The position numbers and the translations under genes are program-made. The notes under the pieces were generated by a model that saw only the letters and a program-made list of their open reading frames with translations, was not told where the DNA came from and did not search any database. A stretch of 64,000 bases of DNA from Acidobacteriota bacterium (lineage in GTDB: Bacteria > Acidobacteriota > UBA890 > WLXD01), in the NCBI GenBank assembly GCA_965205505.1, contig CBDBHB010000009.1, positions 1,792,001-1,856,000 of the forward strand, in the 5' to 3' direction. This document shows, in pieces, positions 1 through 11,361 of the stretch; position 1 is the first letter of the stretch; the number at the start of each line of letters is the position of its first letter.

Positions 1-744
1 CTCAAGGTGGTACTGGCTCGCGAAGCCGCGCTCGTAATCTGCCTGCCGCAACGAATCGATGATGTAGGTGCCGTAGACCGCGATCCCCACCGCGGCGGCC
101 ATGGCGAGCGCGCCGCTCGAGACTTTCTCGAAGTCGGCCTGCTGCGCCGCGGCCGCTGCCACCTCGGGATGCGCGCGGATCATCCACCAGCCGAAGGCGA
201 ACGGCCACGCAGCCATCGGCAGCGTATGCGCCAGCGTCCGCTTCCAACTCGCCGGCATGAACATGGCGTAGGCCACGATGATGAGCGCCATGTGCAGGCA
301 GAGCCGGAACCAGTGGAGCATCGTCATGGCGGCCGCTTCCCCGGCGATGGGCAACCGTGCTCCCTCGAGGACGAGGTTGTAATTCTGGAATGTCATCGCG
401 AGCACGGCGCCGGTGAAAAACCACCACTCGATAAGGCGCAGCGGGCCGAGCGGCGCCTCTTCCCGAATATAGAGGTAGGCGGTGGCCGCCCCGACCGTAA
501 GCCACACAAAAAGCGGCGGCAGCAGCGAAAAGTCCACGGCGAAGAAGACGTGGCGGGCCAGCCCGAAGCCCGACACCACGACGATCAGAGTGCCGAATGC
601 CCGCAGCCGGTTTTGCAGCGCATAGGCCAGCCGGGCTTTGAGCTGACTATCCTTCCTCCCCCCCATGCCGAAATGGCGGCAGAAGTTGTGCTGGCAATCG
701 CTATCGCCGGGGAGGGAGCTGTCGCCCCGCGGGTCGGTACGCAT
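1..744 (-). CDS. Multi-pass membrane protein, probably the N-terminal part of a membrane-anchored Ser/Thr protein kinase (runs off the window)
   Basis: Not in the ORF track because there is no stop in the window. Manual translation gives MRTDPRG...several hydrophobic helices...AVYGTYIIDSLRQADYERGFASQYHLE. The '...QY+LE' end resembles the start of a Hanks kinase domain after a membrane module; the kinase domain itself is not visible. Confidence 0.6.
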   Translation of the reverse strand, partial: MRTDPRGDSSLPGDSDCQHNFCRHFGMGGRKDSQLKARLAYALQNRLRAFGTLIVVVSGFGLARHVFFAVDFSLLPPLFVWLTVGAATAYLYIREEAPLGPLRLIEWWFFTGAVLAMTFQNYNLVLEGARLPIAGEAAAMTMLHWFRLCLHMALIIVAYAMFMPASWKRTLAHTLPMAAWPFAFGWWMIRAHPEVAAAAAQQADFEKVSSGALAMAAAVGIAVYGTYIIDSLRQADYERGFASQYHLE

Positions 745-984
745 CGATTCGGGCGTAGTTCGCATCACGGCTGACATTGGAGGGTCGTGAGGGTTCGTTT
801 CCGATCATGTTACCCGGAACTCGTAGGGCACCTGTGCCGTCATCGACTCGGCCGAATACATGGTGTAGCTCAACAGCGGGTGGGCTGCCCACCCTCTGGG
901 GCATGTCGATCAGGACGGCGACGCGATCGATATCTACGCTATCCTCCATCCGCCTCGAATCTCCACGACACTCAGGGTCGACCG

Positions 985-2960
985 ATGCGCCGTTCGCTGA
1001 CCGCTCTCTTGTGCGCCGCTTGTTTGCTCAGCGTCTCCGCCCCGGTGGTCCGGCCCCAGGAGACGGCGGAGCGTTTCCAGTGGCCGTCGTTTCGCGGCCC
1101 CTCGGCCTCGGGAGTCGCCGACGGTCAGAATCCGCCGACGGCGTGGGATCCGCAGACCGGACACAACGTCTTGTGGAGCACCCCGATCCCGGGGCTCGGG
1201 CACTCGAGCCCGATCGTCTGGGGAGACCGGATCTATCTGACAACGGCGGTCAGCGATGATCCCGATTCGATCTTTCGTACGGTACCGACGGTCGCCAGGA
1301 TCGCAGGTCCGACCGATCGCGCAACACTTGGTATGTCTACGCAATCGATCGACGCGGCGGCGAGGTGGTCTGGGTGCGCCAGGCGAGCAGCGGCAGCCCG
1401 AGCGTGCAGCGCCACCCCAAGAATAGCTACGCATCCGCAACCCCGGCGACCGATGGAGAGCACGTCGTGGTCTTGGTGGCTACCGGTGGCTTGTTTTGTT
1501 ACGACTTCGAAGGCGAGCAGCTGTGGAATGTCGATCTCGGACCTCTGGATTCGGGCGCCTCCTACGACACCGCCTATCAGTGGGGCGCCGCCAGCTCACC
1601 GATCATCTGGCAAGACCTGGTGATCGTGCAGGCGGATCAGCAGGAGGGCTCGTTCATCGCCGCCTTCGATATCGGCACCGGTGAAGAGGCCTGGCGGACG
1701 CCGCGCGACCTCATCTCATCGTTCTCGACGCCGACGATCCATGTCGGCACGGAGCGCACCGAGCTCGTGACCAACGGCGCCGGCACGATGCACGGATACG
1801 ACCCGGCGAGCGGCGAGGAACTTTGGAGGATGTCGGGCAGTTCTTTCAACACAACGCCGACGCCGGTCAGCGATCGAGGTCTCATCTACGTGACCAGCGG
1901 TTATCGCACGCGGCCGATCTTCGCCATCCGTGTGGGCGCCTCCCGCGACATATCGCTCGCCGACGGCGAGCGATCGAACCCGCACGTCGCCTGGAGCGCA
2001 CCACGCGATGGGCCCTACATCACCTCGCCGCTCGTCTACCGCGGCTACCTGTACGTGGTCTCGGCCAACGGCGTGTTGACGGTCTTTCAGGCGACCACAG
2101 GTGAGCGTGCCTACAAGCGGCGCATCGGCGACACGGGCGGCGCCTACAGCGCCTCGCCCATCGCCGCCGACGGTCGCATCTACCTGACCAGCGAGGACGG
2201 CGACATCTTCGTCGTCAGGGCCGGGCCCGAGTATGAGCTGCTGGCAACCAACCGCATGGGCGAGGTCTGCCTGGCGACGCCGGCGATCTCCGAAGGGCAG
2301 ATGTTCATCCGCACGACGGACCATCTTCTTGCTGTGACAGACGGCATCGCGCCCGAGGTTGCGGTGGCGGAGGGATCCTCGTCGACCCCGTTCCCCGCCG
2401 CGTTGGCGGCCGGGCTCACGCTACCCTTTGATTCCTTCGAAGATGGGGATCTGTTGGCGCACACCGGTGTTCGTTGGCAAACGTTCACCAACGGGGTATC
2501 CGCGGCAGCGCTGCGGCTCGTCGATGGCGGCGCCGCGGCAACCTCGAGCTCTGCCAGGCTCGACGGCGAGCTGGCGCTCGGTGCGGCGCGCGGGCCGCTC
2601 GCCCAGATGTACCTCCCGTTCGATCGTGGGGCGGTGCCGATCAACCTCGAGAACCTCGGCGGCGTTCGCTTTTATGCCCGCGGCAGTAGCTCCTTCGAAC
2701 TGACTTTCGGCTGCGCTGGCGGCGAGTTCGGCAAGGAGATCCCGGCGGCCGAGGAGTGGCGGCTAGTAGAGCTCGTCGCCAGCGAGTTGACGCTGGTGCC
2801 CGAACCGGCGACGCCGGTCGATTGGAGCGGCACCGATTGCCGCGGGCTATACTTCTCCCGCCGAGGCGACGCGAATCTCGGTGAATTCTGGTTCGAGGTC
2901 GACGAGATCACGTTCTACGGTGTCGACGCCTGGGAGTTACGGGACGGATCGTCGCCTTGA
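985..2960 (+). pseudogene. Secreted PQQ-like/BamB-type beta-propeller protein with a C-terminal CIA30-like domain; one frameshift near 1278
   Basis: Signal peptide [13 protein letters not shown], then WPSFRGP and [19 protein letters not shown] in frame 787. It continues as YGTDGRQ...[27 protein letters not shown] in the frame of ORF 1365..2960. Could be a sequencing indel. Confidence 0.8.
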
Positions 2961-2997
2961 ATGGCGGTTTCGACCGTGATCATCGTGGCACGGGTGG

Positions 2998-4101
2998 TCA
3001 GCAGCAGCCGAGATAGAGCGTGTTCGGCGCATCCGATCGGCCGGCCACAATGTCGGCAACGCCGTCGCCGTTGACGTCACCGATCGCCACCCCGTACATG
3101 GCGCCCTGGGCGTTGCCGAAGCGGGTCAATGTGAACCCGTCACCTGATCCGTCGTTGGTCAGGATGGCGCTCGGAGCCCCGGCGTTGCCGACCACGACAT
3201 CCTCGTCGCCGTCTCCGTCCAGGTCGGCCACAGCCAGCGAGAACACGACGTCGCCGCGGTCACCGATCGCCCTGGATTCCTCGAATGAGGCGTCGCCGCG
3301 GTTGATGTACAGTCGCGCCCCGCCCTCGACTTCATCACCCACGACGATGTCGAGGAGGCCGTCGCCGTCGATATCGCCGAGGGCCACCGCGCGGGTCGCG
3401 GAGCGCCTCGGGCCGACAGCGTGGCGCTCGTCGAAGCCACCGGCGCCGTCATTGACGAACAGGTAGCTTTGGCCCCCATCACGATGGGGTACGAACAGGT
3501 CGACGGACCCGTCACCGGTCAGATCACCGGCCGCTATCGTGGTGGCCGACTCGCCCGACAGCACATCGCAGGCGGGAAAGGCGCCGGTGCCGTCGTTGAA
3601 GCAAACGTAGTTGGCGCTGAGATTATCGGGCCCGCCGCGGTTGGCAACGATGATCTCGGGGCGCTCGTCGCCGTTCAAGTCGGCCACCGTGACGTTGCGC
3701 GTCGGCCACTCAGGATCGCCGAAGGTCCCGGCCAGGCTGAAATGGCCCTCGCCGTCGTTGAAGTAGACGCGCTTGTCGTCGGGGCGATCGTTGCCGACCA
3801 CCAGGTCGAGGTCGGCATCGCCGTCGAGGTCGGCGAGGGCCGCCGTGTAGGTCCGATCCGCCGATCCGCCGACCTCGTGGCGCTGCTCGAACCCACCGGC
3901 GCCGTCGTTGAGCAAGACGAAGTCGACCAGGGGCCAATGGCGTCCCTTGGCGAGGACGATATCGAGGTCGCCGTCGCCGTCGAGGTCGCCGAGGCTGGCG
4001 TTGGCGCTGGTCTCGGCGGTTTCCTCGAGCGCCACGCTTCGCAAGCTCTGACCGTTCGAGGCCAAAACAGCGAGCAGCAATCCGAAGACAGCTGAGTTCA
4101 T
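2998..4101 (-). CDS. FG-GAP/VCBS repeat secreted protein
   Basis: Signal peptide and about 7 repeats of the form (G/A)DLDGDGDLDxxxG; start at MNSAV with AGGAGG upstream. Confidence 0.9.
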   Translation of the reverse strand: MNSAVFGLLLAVLASNGQSLRSVALEETAETSANASLGDLDGDGDLDIVLAKGRHWPLVDFVLLNDGAGGFEQRHEVGGSADRTYTAALADLDGDADLDLVVGNDRPDDKRVYFNDGEGHFSLAGTFGDPEWPTRNVTVADLNGDERPEIIVANRGGPDNLSANYVCFNDGTGAFPACDVLSGESATTIAAGDLTGDGSVDLFVPHRDGGQSYLFVNDGAGGFDERHAVGPRRSATRAVALGDIDGDGLLDIVVGDEVEGGARLYINRGDASFEESRAIGDRGDVVFSLAVADLDGDGDEDVVVGNAGAPSAILTNDGSGDGFTLTRFGNAQGAMYGVAIGDVNGDGVADIVAGRSDAPNTLYLGCC

Positions 4102-4266
4102 CGCCCGTCCCTCCTGGCGCGTCCGACTTCCGTTCACCGGTTATCTCACGCCGAACTCTGCCAGCAGCTCCGTTGAGTTGACAATGCTCCCGGAACTCTT
4201 TGCAATATCACGGGACGATACTGCATTATCATGAAACGATATTGAATTTCATCGAGCTTGAGGCCC

Positions 4267-4353
4267 GGCCACTTCGCCCTCGAGGAGGACGGGACAGTCA
4301 TTGCCTCGCTCATGCGCGACTTCCTGGCCCGCCATCTCGAGGCCACCGACTGA
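4267..4353 (+). pseudogene. C-terminal remnant of an alpha/beta hydrolase
   Basis: GHFALEEDGTVIASLMRDFLARHLEATD* is the typical catalytic-His end of an alpha/beta hydrolase; no N-terminal part is present. Confidence 0.6.
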
Positions 4354-4392
4354 AACGAGAACACACCCCCTGCCCACGGTTGCGGCTCTTGC

Positions 4393-6009
4393 TCAATACT
4401 TGAGAGTCTCGCCTGGCAGCGGTGGGGTGTGACGGGGCAGACGGCGCGCTGCGGTACGCTGCTCGAACGCGTAGCCGAGTGCCAACAGACGCGGCTCGCT
4501 GAACGCGCGGCCCATGAATGACAGCGTCACCGGTAGCCCGGAAGTCGTGAAGCCCGCGGGGACGGCGAGAGCGGGAAAGCCCGCCAAGCTCGCGATGTTG
4601 GTGGGAGTGCTGCTCATAGTCGCGGTGAGCGCACTCCCGCCGACCAGCTGGGGCGGTGGATCGGCGTCGATCCGGGTGGGTCTGGTAGGAGATGTGGGGT
4701 AGACGATCGCGTCCAGCTCATCGACCTCGAATAGCCCGGCCACCATATCCCGAATCAGCGGCAAGCCATGGTTGCGTACGGCGAGATAGTCATAGTCGTT
4801 CAACGTGCCGGCTTCCGTTTCCCTTTTGAGCAGATGCCAGCGCGACGCGTTGGGAACATACCCCTCCGGTGACGGTGACCTGAGCATGGTCGACCGCCGA
4901 TACAGCTCTTCCACGGTCTTGGGATACTCCTCGTCCAGGGTTGCGAGATATTCGCCCATTTGCGGTTTGAACTCGGGAAGGCGCACCGTCCAATAAAGTT
5001 CCTCCCGGGAACGCAGGAGCCACTCCGGAAACTCCACCTCCACGATGGTCGCACCGGCCGCGCGCATCGCCTCCAGCGAGACTTCGACGACCCAATCCAC
5101 GTCCCCATCCTGTCCGAGGAACTGACGGGCAACCCCGATGCGAGCGCCGTCGAGAGCGTCGGCGTCGAGGTAGGCCGTGTAGTCACTCTCGACCCTGCCG
5201 GCGACCCCGGCGGTCGCTTCGTCGGCGGGGTCGACTCCGGCCAGTATGCCGAGGGAGACCGCCACATCGTAGACGTGGCGAGCCATGGGGCCAGCCATGT
5301 CGAAAGACAGGCCGAGCGGAATGATGCCGTCCCGGCTGAGGAGACCGTACGTCGGCCTCAGACCCACGATGCCGTTGGCAGACGCCGGGGCGCGGACGGA
5401 GCCACCCGTGTCGGTCCCCAGGCCGAGAGGCGCGTAAACGGCGGCGATGCCGGCTCCCGTGCCAATGGATGACCCCGAAGGTGACCGTTCGACGTCGTGT
5501 GGGTTCCGTGTCACTCCCCCGATGGAGCTCAAGGAGTCGCCCGAGGCGAACTCGCTCATGGTCGTCTTCGCCAGGATGACCGCCCCGGCGTCGCGCAGCT
5601 TCCGCACGAGAAACGCGTCATCGGGAGGCAGCGATCCGGCCAGCACGAACGACCCGCCAGTGGTCGGCATGTCATGCGTATCGAAGTTGTCCTTCAGGAG
5701 GACGGGAATGCCGTGCAGCGGTGACCGCGGTCCACTCGTCGCCCTCTCAGCATCGAGGGCTCGGGCTTCCGCCAACGCGCTCTGATTCAATGCCATCACC
5801 GCGTTCAGCTCGGGACCGGCATCGTCGAAAGCCGCGATACGTGCCAAGCTGAGCTCGATGAGCCTCTCGGACGTGAGCTTGCCGGAATCGAAGGCGGCGT
5901 TGATGGCCGTCGTGAGCTCGAATGTCCCTTCCCGGGGCTCTTGTGAGGCCTCGGAGACGCCCAACGAGAGCGCCATGGCGATGGGCGGTATCAGGTAACG
6001 ATGTCGCAT
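4393..6009 (-). CDS. Amidase signature family protein (secreted)
   Basis: LHGIPVLLKDN, PSGSSIGTG, GTDTGGSVRAPAS amidase signature motifs. Confidence 0.93.
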   Translation of the reverse strand: MRHRYLIPPIAMALSLGVSEASQEPREGTFELTTAINAAFDSGKLTSERLIELSLARIAAFDDAGPELNAVMALNQSALAEARALDAERATSGPRSPLHGIPVLLKDNFDTHDMPTTGGSFVLAGSLPPDDAFLVRKLRDAGAVILAKTTMSEFASGDSLSSIGGVTRNPHDVERSPSGSSIGTGAGIAAVYAPLGLGTDTGGSVRAPASANGIVGLRPTYGLLSRDGIIPLGLSFDMAGPMARHVYDVAVSLGILAGVDPADEATAGVAGRVESDYTAYLDADALDGARIGVARQFLGQDGDVDWVVEVSLEAMRAAGATIVEVEFPEWLLRSREELYWTVRLPEFKPQMGEYLATLDEEYPKTVEELYRRSTMLRSPSPEGYVPNASRWHLLKRETEAGTLNDYDYLAVRNHGLPLIRDMVAGLFEVDELDAIVYPTSPTRPTRIDADPPPQLVGGSALTATMSSTPTNIASLAGFPALAVPAGFTTSGLPVTLSFMGRAFSEPRLLALGYAFEQRTAARRLPRHTPPLPGETLKY

Positions 6010-6081
6010 GGTGGCCCCTTCGACGGTGAGAGCATGATCGTGTCGCGGCCGGTCAGGGTGCGGCGCCCTATCTGTCCCGGC

Positions 6082-6846
6082 TCAGGTGTAGCCCAGCGTA
6101 GCGGACAGCAGTGCCGCGGCGTCGCGGACGGCGGCGCCTGCACGGCTCCGCGCCTTGCCGTTGAGCCGCCCGGACGGTCCGCCAATCGATATGGCCGCTA
6201 ACGGACGCCCACCCGCATCGACGATCGCGGCGCCCACCGCAGTGAAGCCCAGCTCGAGTTCGTCGACGGCAGTAGCGTAGCCACGCTTTTTCGCCAGCTT
6301 CAGGTGCTCGTCAAGCCGCCGCTTGCTCGTCACCGTCTTGGAGGTCAGCCGCGACAACCGACCCGAGAGCAGCTCGGCGCGCTCGTCAGGCTCCAACGCC
6401 GCCAGCAACGCCTTGCCCGTGGAGGTGGCGTGGAGTGGCGCCGACAAGCCCACCTCATGACTCACGCCGACGAGTTGGCGCGCGACTACCTGGTCTACGA
6501 CCAAGACGCTACCGTTCGACAAGACATGGAGGGTGGCGGTCTCGCCACTGTCGGCCGCGAGGCTCTGTAGATGAGAGTGGGCGAGGGTGCGTAGCTGATC
6601 GGAGCGGCCAGCCCGCATTGCGAGTTGGATTATCCCAGGTCCGAGCCGGTAGGCGCCGCCCGGCTCCCGCGTCACCAGATCTTCACTTGCCAGCGCCGCG
6701 AGGAGGCGATACGTGGTCGTGCGAGCGAGGCCGACTTCGTTGGTCAGTGTGGCAAGATCCTCGTCGCCATGCTCGCTGAGCGCCTTGAGTAAGCGCACGG
6801 CGCGGAGAACTGACTGGGTGCCCGCGGGCGCCGGCCGCGAGCTCAG
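6082..6846 (-). CDS. IclR family transcriptional regulator (start uncertain)
   Basis: TQSVLRAVRLL..GLARTTTYRLL HTH; PLHATSTGKALLA and RGYA...ELELG..AVGAAI effector-domain motifs. The listed ORF's N-terminal extension overlaps the upstream gene. Confidence 0.9.
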   Translation of the reverse strand: MSSRPAPAGTQSVLRAVRLLKALSEHGDEDLATLTNEVGLARTTTYRLLAALASEDLVTREPGGAYRLGPGIIQLAMRAGRSDQLRTLAHSHLQSLAADSGETATLHVLSNGSVLVVDQVVARQLVGVSHEVGLSAPLHATSTGKALLAALEPDERAELLSGRLSRLTSKTVTSKRRLDEHLKLAKKRGYATAVDELELGFTAVGAAIVDAGGRPLAAISIGGPSGRLNGKARSRAGAAVRDAAALLSATLGYT

Positions 6847-6910
6847 ACGGTTGAGTCCAGCGCGACGATCCGGAGAGGTGCCGTGGCCTTCATGTACAGG
6901 CCGCCGCCGG

Positions 6911-8485
6911 CTAGCCAAGGTGCCCGCTCTTCCAGTCCGCGCCGATTCGCGCCGCGGCGTTCTTGCCGGGGATTCCGGTGATGCCGCCGCCTGGGTGGCA
7001 GCCGGGGCCACCCAGGTACAGACCGTGCACTGGGGTACGGTGGTCGTACCAGCCGGCGATGGGCCGCATGTACAGAAGCTGATCCATCGACATCTCGCCA
7101 TGATACGGATGCCCACCCGGGATACCGAGCTTGCCCTCCAGGTCGGCCGGCGTGGTGACGTCGACATGCTGGACCGAGGAGGCGAAGCCTGGCGCATGGC
7201 TATCGATCGCGTCGATCACCGACTTGGCGAGGTCGTCGCGCTTCGATTCCCAGCCCGAGTCGCTGAACACACGCGGAACGTATTGAACCCAAGCGTGCAT
7301 GACGTGCATTCCTGCCGGCGCCAGGGTCGAATCGGTAAGGCTGGGCACCGTGATGTCCACAATCGGTCGCTCCGGCAGGCGGCCGTATTTCATTGCGTCG
7401 AACGACTTCTCCAGATATGCGAGGCTGTCGCCGATCTGCACGCGCCCGGCCCAGGCCGAGTCATCGAGACCGGCTACCTGCGGCAAAGTATCGGCAGCGA
7501 TGCGCACAGCCGCGACAGTGCCGCGCATGCGTATGTTCTGTGCGGCGGCGACGTGGTCTGGGTCGAGCCATCCGGTGTCGAGCAACCCCGTCAGCGTGGT
7601 CCGCGGGTCGATCGCCGACATTATGGCCTGACAGGGGATCTCCTCGCCGTCGTCGAGAACCACTCCGACGGCCCGATCGTCGTCAACTCTAACTCGAGCC
7701 ACCCGCGCCGCGCTCCGCAACTCGGCGCCGGCCGCTCTCGCCGCCGAGGCGAGCGCGTCGGCGAGCCCGCCGCTGCCGCCCACCGCGAAGGTCGGTGCCC
7801 CGAAGAGCGGTCCACCCCAGGCAGGACGATGATAAAGAAGCGTGTAGCCGCCGCCCGGCGACCAAGGGCCGAGCCACGATGCCGCCAGCCCACGCCAAGC
7901 CACAGCGGCCCGCAAGCGTTCGTCGTCGAAGCGTTCCTCGACGATGTCGCGAAGCGACATCGTCAGAAGACGCATGGCCTGCGGCATATCGCGCCGGCCG
8001 AGACGGCGCATACGCCACCCCAGGGTCAGGAGCTCGAACACGGCGCCGACCCCGGCGGCTTCGATTTCGGGCAATGCGCCACCCATGACTGGCTCCAGGG
8101 CACGGGCTATGCGCGACAACAGCCCTTCGAACTCCTGATAGGCGCGCTGATCGGTCTCCGAAAGTTGCGACGATGCTCCGTCGCCGGCCAGCTGGAGGGG
8201 CTCTGACGCGCCGAGGATTGTCGTGTGCGCCGCGCCTGAAACCGTGCGCAGGCCGTGCTTCTTCAAATCGAGCTCCGACACCACCGACGGATGCAACATG
8301 TCGACCGTGGGGAACAGCATCGGCGCTCGTATCCCAGGGGCGAACTCCACGCTTGCCGCGGTGCCGCCGAATGTCTCCTGCGCCTCCAGAACAACGACCC
8401 GACGCCCGGCCCGCGCCAGATAGGCGGCGGCGGCGAGCCCGTTGTGGCCACCGCCGATCACAACCACGTCGTGGAAATCAGTCAT
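6911..8485 (-). CDS. Phytoene desaturase/PYROXD2-like FAD-dependent oxidoreductase
   Basis: VIGGGHNGLAAAAYLARAG FAD motif; C-terminal RTPVHGLYLGGPGCHPGGGITGIPG. Confidence 0.9.
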   Translation of the reverse strand: MTDFHDVVVIGGGHNGLAAAAYLARAGRRVVVLEAQETFGGTAASVEFAPGIRAPMLFPTVDMLHPSVVSELDLKKHGLRTVSGAAHTTILGASEPLQLAGDGASSQLSETDQRAYQEFEGLLSRIARALEPVMGGALPEIEAAGVGAVFELLTLGWRMRRLGRRDMPQAMRLLTMSLRDIVEERFDDERLRAAVAWRGLAASWLGPWSPGGGYTLLYHRPAWGGPLFGAPTFAVGGSGGLADALASAARAAGAELRSAARVARVRVDDDRAVGVVLDDGEEIPCQAIMSAIDPRTTLTGLLDTGWLDPDHVAAAQNIRMRGTVAAVRIAADTLPQVAGLDDSAWAGRVQIGDSLAYLEKSFDAMKYGRLPERPIVDITVPSLTDSTLAPAGMHVMHAWVQYVPRVFSDSGWESKRDDLAKSVIDAIDSHAPGFASSVQHVDVTTPADLEGKLGIPGGHPYHGEMSMDQLLYMRPIAGWYDHRTPVHGLYLGGPGCHPGGGITGIPGKNAAARIGADWKSGHLG

Positions 8486-8489
8486 GCGC

Positions 8490-10082
8490 TCAGGCCGTGT
8501 CCGCGATAATTCGTTGGGCGGCGAGCTGCCCGGGCGCGCCCATTATCCCGCCACCCGGATGACAGCCCGAGCCGCACATGTAGAAGCGCTTCAGGGGAGT
8601 GGTGAAGTCGGCGTATCCCGGCACCGGGCGCAGGAAGAACAGTTGTTCGAGCGTCAGCTCGCCGTGGAAGATGTTCCCCTGGGTGAGGCCCATCTGCTGC
8701 TCCATGTCCCAGGGCGATAGCACCTGCCGGTGCAGAATGATGTCCTTGATGTTGGGCGCAAACTCGGCCAGCGTGTCGATGACCGCGTCGCCGAACACTT
8801 CGCGGTTGTCCTCCCAGTTGCCTTCGGCGAGCTCGTAGGGAGCGTAGGCACAGAAGATCGACATGACGTGCTTGCCGGTCGGGGCCATCGTCGGATCGAT
8901 CAGCGACGGGATGACGATATCCATGTACGGGTTACGGGAGTGGCGCCCGTACTTGGCGTCGTCGTAGGCGCGCTCCAGGTGCTCGATATCGGGGCTGATC
9001 GAGATCGCCCCCGAGAGATAGGGAATACGTTGGTCAGCGGAAAGATGGCGCAGGCATGTCAGGTCGGGCAAAGCATCGAGCGACAGGTTCACCTTTCCCG
9101 AAGAGCCACGAATCTTGTAGCGGTCGATGTCGGTGCGGAAGTCCTCGGGAAGATGCTCCGGCTCGATGAGCTTCTGGAACGTGCGCTTCGGGTCGAGGCT
9201 CGACACCAGCACCTTGGCGTGGATCTCCTCGCCGCCCTCCAGCACCACGCCGGTGACACGGCCGTTCTTGACCAACACGCGTTCCACGCCGGCCTCGGTG
9301 CGAATCTCGGCGCCGTGTGCGCGCGCCGCCGACGCGATCGATTCCGACACCGCGCCCATGCCGCCGCGAGGCAATCCCCAGGCGCGGAACTCGCCGTCGA
9401 TCTCGCCCATGTAGTGATGCAGCATGACGTAGGCGGAGCCCGGCGAACGGGGGCCTAGGAAGGTTCCGATAATGCCGCTCGACGCCAGGGTGCCAAGCAG
9501 TGCCGGCGTCTCGAACCACTGTTCGACGAAGTCCGCCGAGCTCATCGTCATCAGTTTGGCGAGATCGTAGAGATAATCGGAGCGCTTGCCGAACGTGCGG
9601 GCGATCTCCGCCAGCTTCGCCAACGTTGCCGGCGCCAACGACGTGGGGTCGGGCGGCGTCATCGACAACATCGGCCGAACTGCCTTGCCGAGGTGATACA
9701 TGAGGTTGGCGAAATGCTCATAGGCTTCGGCGTCGCGGGCGGAGTGGCGCATCAACTCCATTCGCGTCTCCGCGGCATCGTGCCAGCGCATCAGGTGATC
9801 GCCGTTGCGCATCGGCGTCAGCGTGCCGTCCAGCGGCAGCAGCTCGAAGCCGTACTTGGGTAGCTCCAGGTCAGCGATGATCTGGGGTCGCAGCAAGCTC
9901 ACTACATACGAGCAGACGGTGTACTTGAACCCCGGGTAAATCTCCTCGGTCACCCCCGCGCCGCCGACGAGATGACGGCGTTCGAGCACCAGCACGCGCC
10001 GACCGGCGCGCCCCAGATAGGCAGCACAGGTGAGGCCGTTGTGGCCACCTCCGATGACAATGGCGTCGTAGGACTGACTCAT
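8490..10082 (-). CDS. Phytoene desaturase/PYROXD2-like FAD-dependent oxidoreductase
   Basis: IGGGHNGLTCAAYL, GNIFHGELTLEQLFFLRP, YMCGSGCHPGGGIMGAPG. Confidence 0.92.
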   Translation of the reverse strand: MSQSYDAIVIGGGHNGLTCAAYLGRAGRRVLVLERRHLVGGAGVTEEIYPGFKYTVCSYVVSLLRPQIIADLELPKYGFELLPLDGTLTPMRNGDHLMRWHDAAETRMELMRHSARDAEAYEHFANLMYHLGKAVRPMLSMTPPDPTSLAPATLAKLAEIARTFGKRSDYLYDLAKLMTMSSADFVEQWFETPALLGTLASSGIIGTFLGPRSPGSAYVMLHHYMGEIDGEFRAWGLPRGGMGAVSESIASAARAHGAEIRTEAGVERVLVKNGRVTGVVLEGGEEIHAKVLVSSLDPKRTFQKLIEPEHLPEDFRTDIDRYKIRGSSGKVNLSLDALPDLTCLRHLSADQRIPYLSGAISISPDIEHLERAYDDAKYGRHSRNPYMDIVIPSLIDPTMAPTGKHVMSIFCAYAPYELAEGNWEDNREVFGDAVIDTLAEFAPNIKDIILHRQVLSPWDMEQQMGLTQGNIFHGELTLEQLFFLRPVPGYADFTTPLKRFYMCGSGCHPGGGIMGAPGQLAAQRIIADTA

Positions 10083-10170
10083 CGTGTCAACAAGCTGCTA
10101 GTCGATCCGGAATCATTCCGGGTCAAAGTTCGCGAGGGTGGACGTGGGTTGAAGACATCATCACGGGGCC

Positions 10171-11361
10171 TCAGGCGCGCATGCGTGCCGGGCGGAAGAA
10201 GCCCTTGTCGACCACCGTCGCAGCGACGCGGCAGCGCCGGTACTGCACGGTTATCTCCATCTCGACGCGGCTACCAATCTTCGCAAGATCAGCGTCGAGG
10301 GTGGCCAGCGCGATGTACTTCTTCAGCAACTTCGACCATACCTTACTAGTCGCTCTGCCGACCTGTCGGCCCTCGTCCGAGTACACCGGTACCGGCTCAC
10401 GACACACCGTCATCGGCAGCTCGGGCATGAGGTCGGCCGCCATGAAGGCTTCCTCGAGCGGCTGCCACTCGATCTGGAGGCCGACGACGCAGCACCGTGG
10501 CCCAGCCTGCTTGGCTGCCCGCAGCGCCTTGCGTCCGACGAAGTTCCCGCTGTCGAGCTGGACCGCCCATCCGAGCCCGAGCTCGTAGGGTGTCACCAGG
10601 TCATCATCGGTGTGTGCGAACTCAGAGCTTACGTAGTCGACGCTGATGAGGATCAACCCGGCTTCGACGCGCGCGATGTCCATCGCCACCAGGCCACAGG
10701 GCGTGATCTGCCATGGCGCGCCGACCTCCATGAGGCGATCCCACACTGACACGGCTTCGTCGGCCGGGATCCAGATCTCGTAGCCGAGGTCTCCCGTGAA
10801 GCCGGTGCGTGAAACCGCAACGCCGACGCCGGCGATCAATGCGCGGGTACAGCGGAAGAACTGGAGGTTGCCGATCGCGCCATCGGTAGCCGCGTCGAGC
10901 ACGTCGCGAGAGTGCGGCCCCTGGAGCGACAGCATGGCGACCTCAGCAGAACGATCGGTTACCTCGACCTGATATCCGACCGCATTGCGCTGAATCCACT
11001 CCAACGCTGGTTCGGCCGCATAGAGCTCGAAGCGATCTTCCTCGTAGCGAAACACCGTGCCTTCCTGGCGCACCATCCCGCTGGGATCACACCACGGCGT
11101 GTAGATCACCTGTCCGACGCTCATTCTGGCCGCGTCGTGGGTCACGATCCGGTCCATCAGCGACGCGGCACCAGCGCCGGTGACCGCATACTTGTAGAGC
11201 GGCGACAGATCGATCAACGCTGCCGAGTTACGGATCGACGCGTACTCCGGCTGCACGAAGTCGTTGTACGAGCTGACGCTCAGGTAGCCGGACCACTGCA
11301 TCCAGTCGTAGCTGTGACAGAGCGGCTCGGTGCGGGGATGAAACGGTGTACCGATAGCCAT
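10171..11361 (-). CDS. GcvT-like aminomethyltransferase (folate-binding)
   Basis: IRNSAALIDLSPLYKY, SLQGPHSR, SRTGFTGDLGYEIW, ARVEAG motifs; start at MAIGTPFHPR. Confidence 0.92.
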   Translation of the reverse strand: MAIGTPFHPRTEPLCHSYDWMQWSGYLSVSSYNDFVQPEYASIRNSAALIDLSPLYKYAVTGAGAASLMDRIVTHDAARMSVGQVIYTPWCDPSGMVRQEGTVFRYEEDRFELYAAEPALEWIQRNAVGYQVEVTDRSAEVAMLSLQGPHSRDVLDAATDGAIGNLQFFRCTRALIAGVGVAVSRTGFTGDLGYEIWIPADEAVSVWDRLMEVGAPWQITPCGLVAMDIARVEAGLILISVDYVSSEFAHTDDDLVTPYELGLGWAVQLDSGNFVGRKALRAAKQAGPRCCVVGLQIEWQPLEEAFMAADLMPELPMTVCREPVPVYSDEGRQVGRATSKVWSKLLKKYIALATLDADLAKIGSRVEMEITVQYRRCRVAATVVDKGFFRPARMRA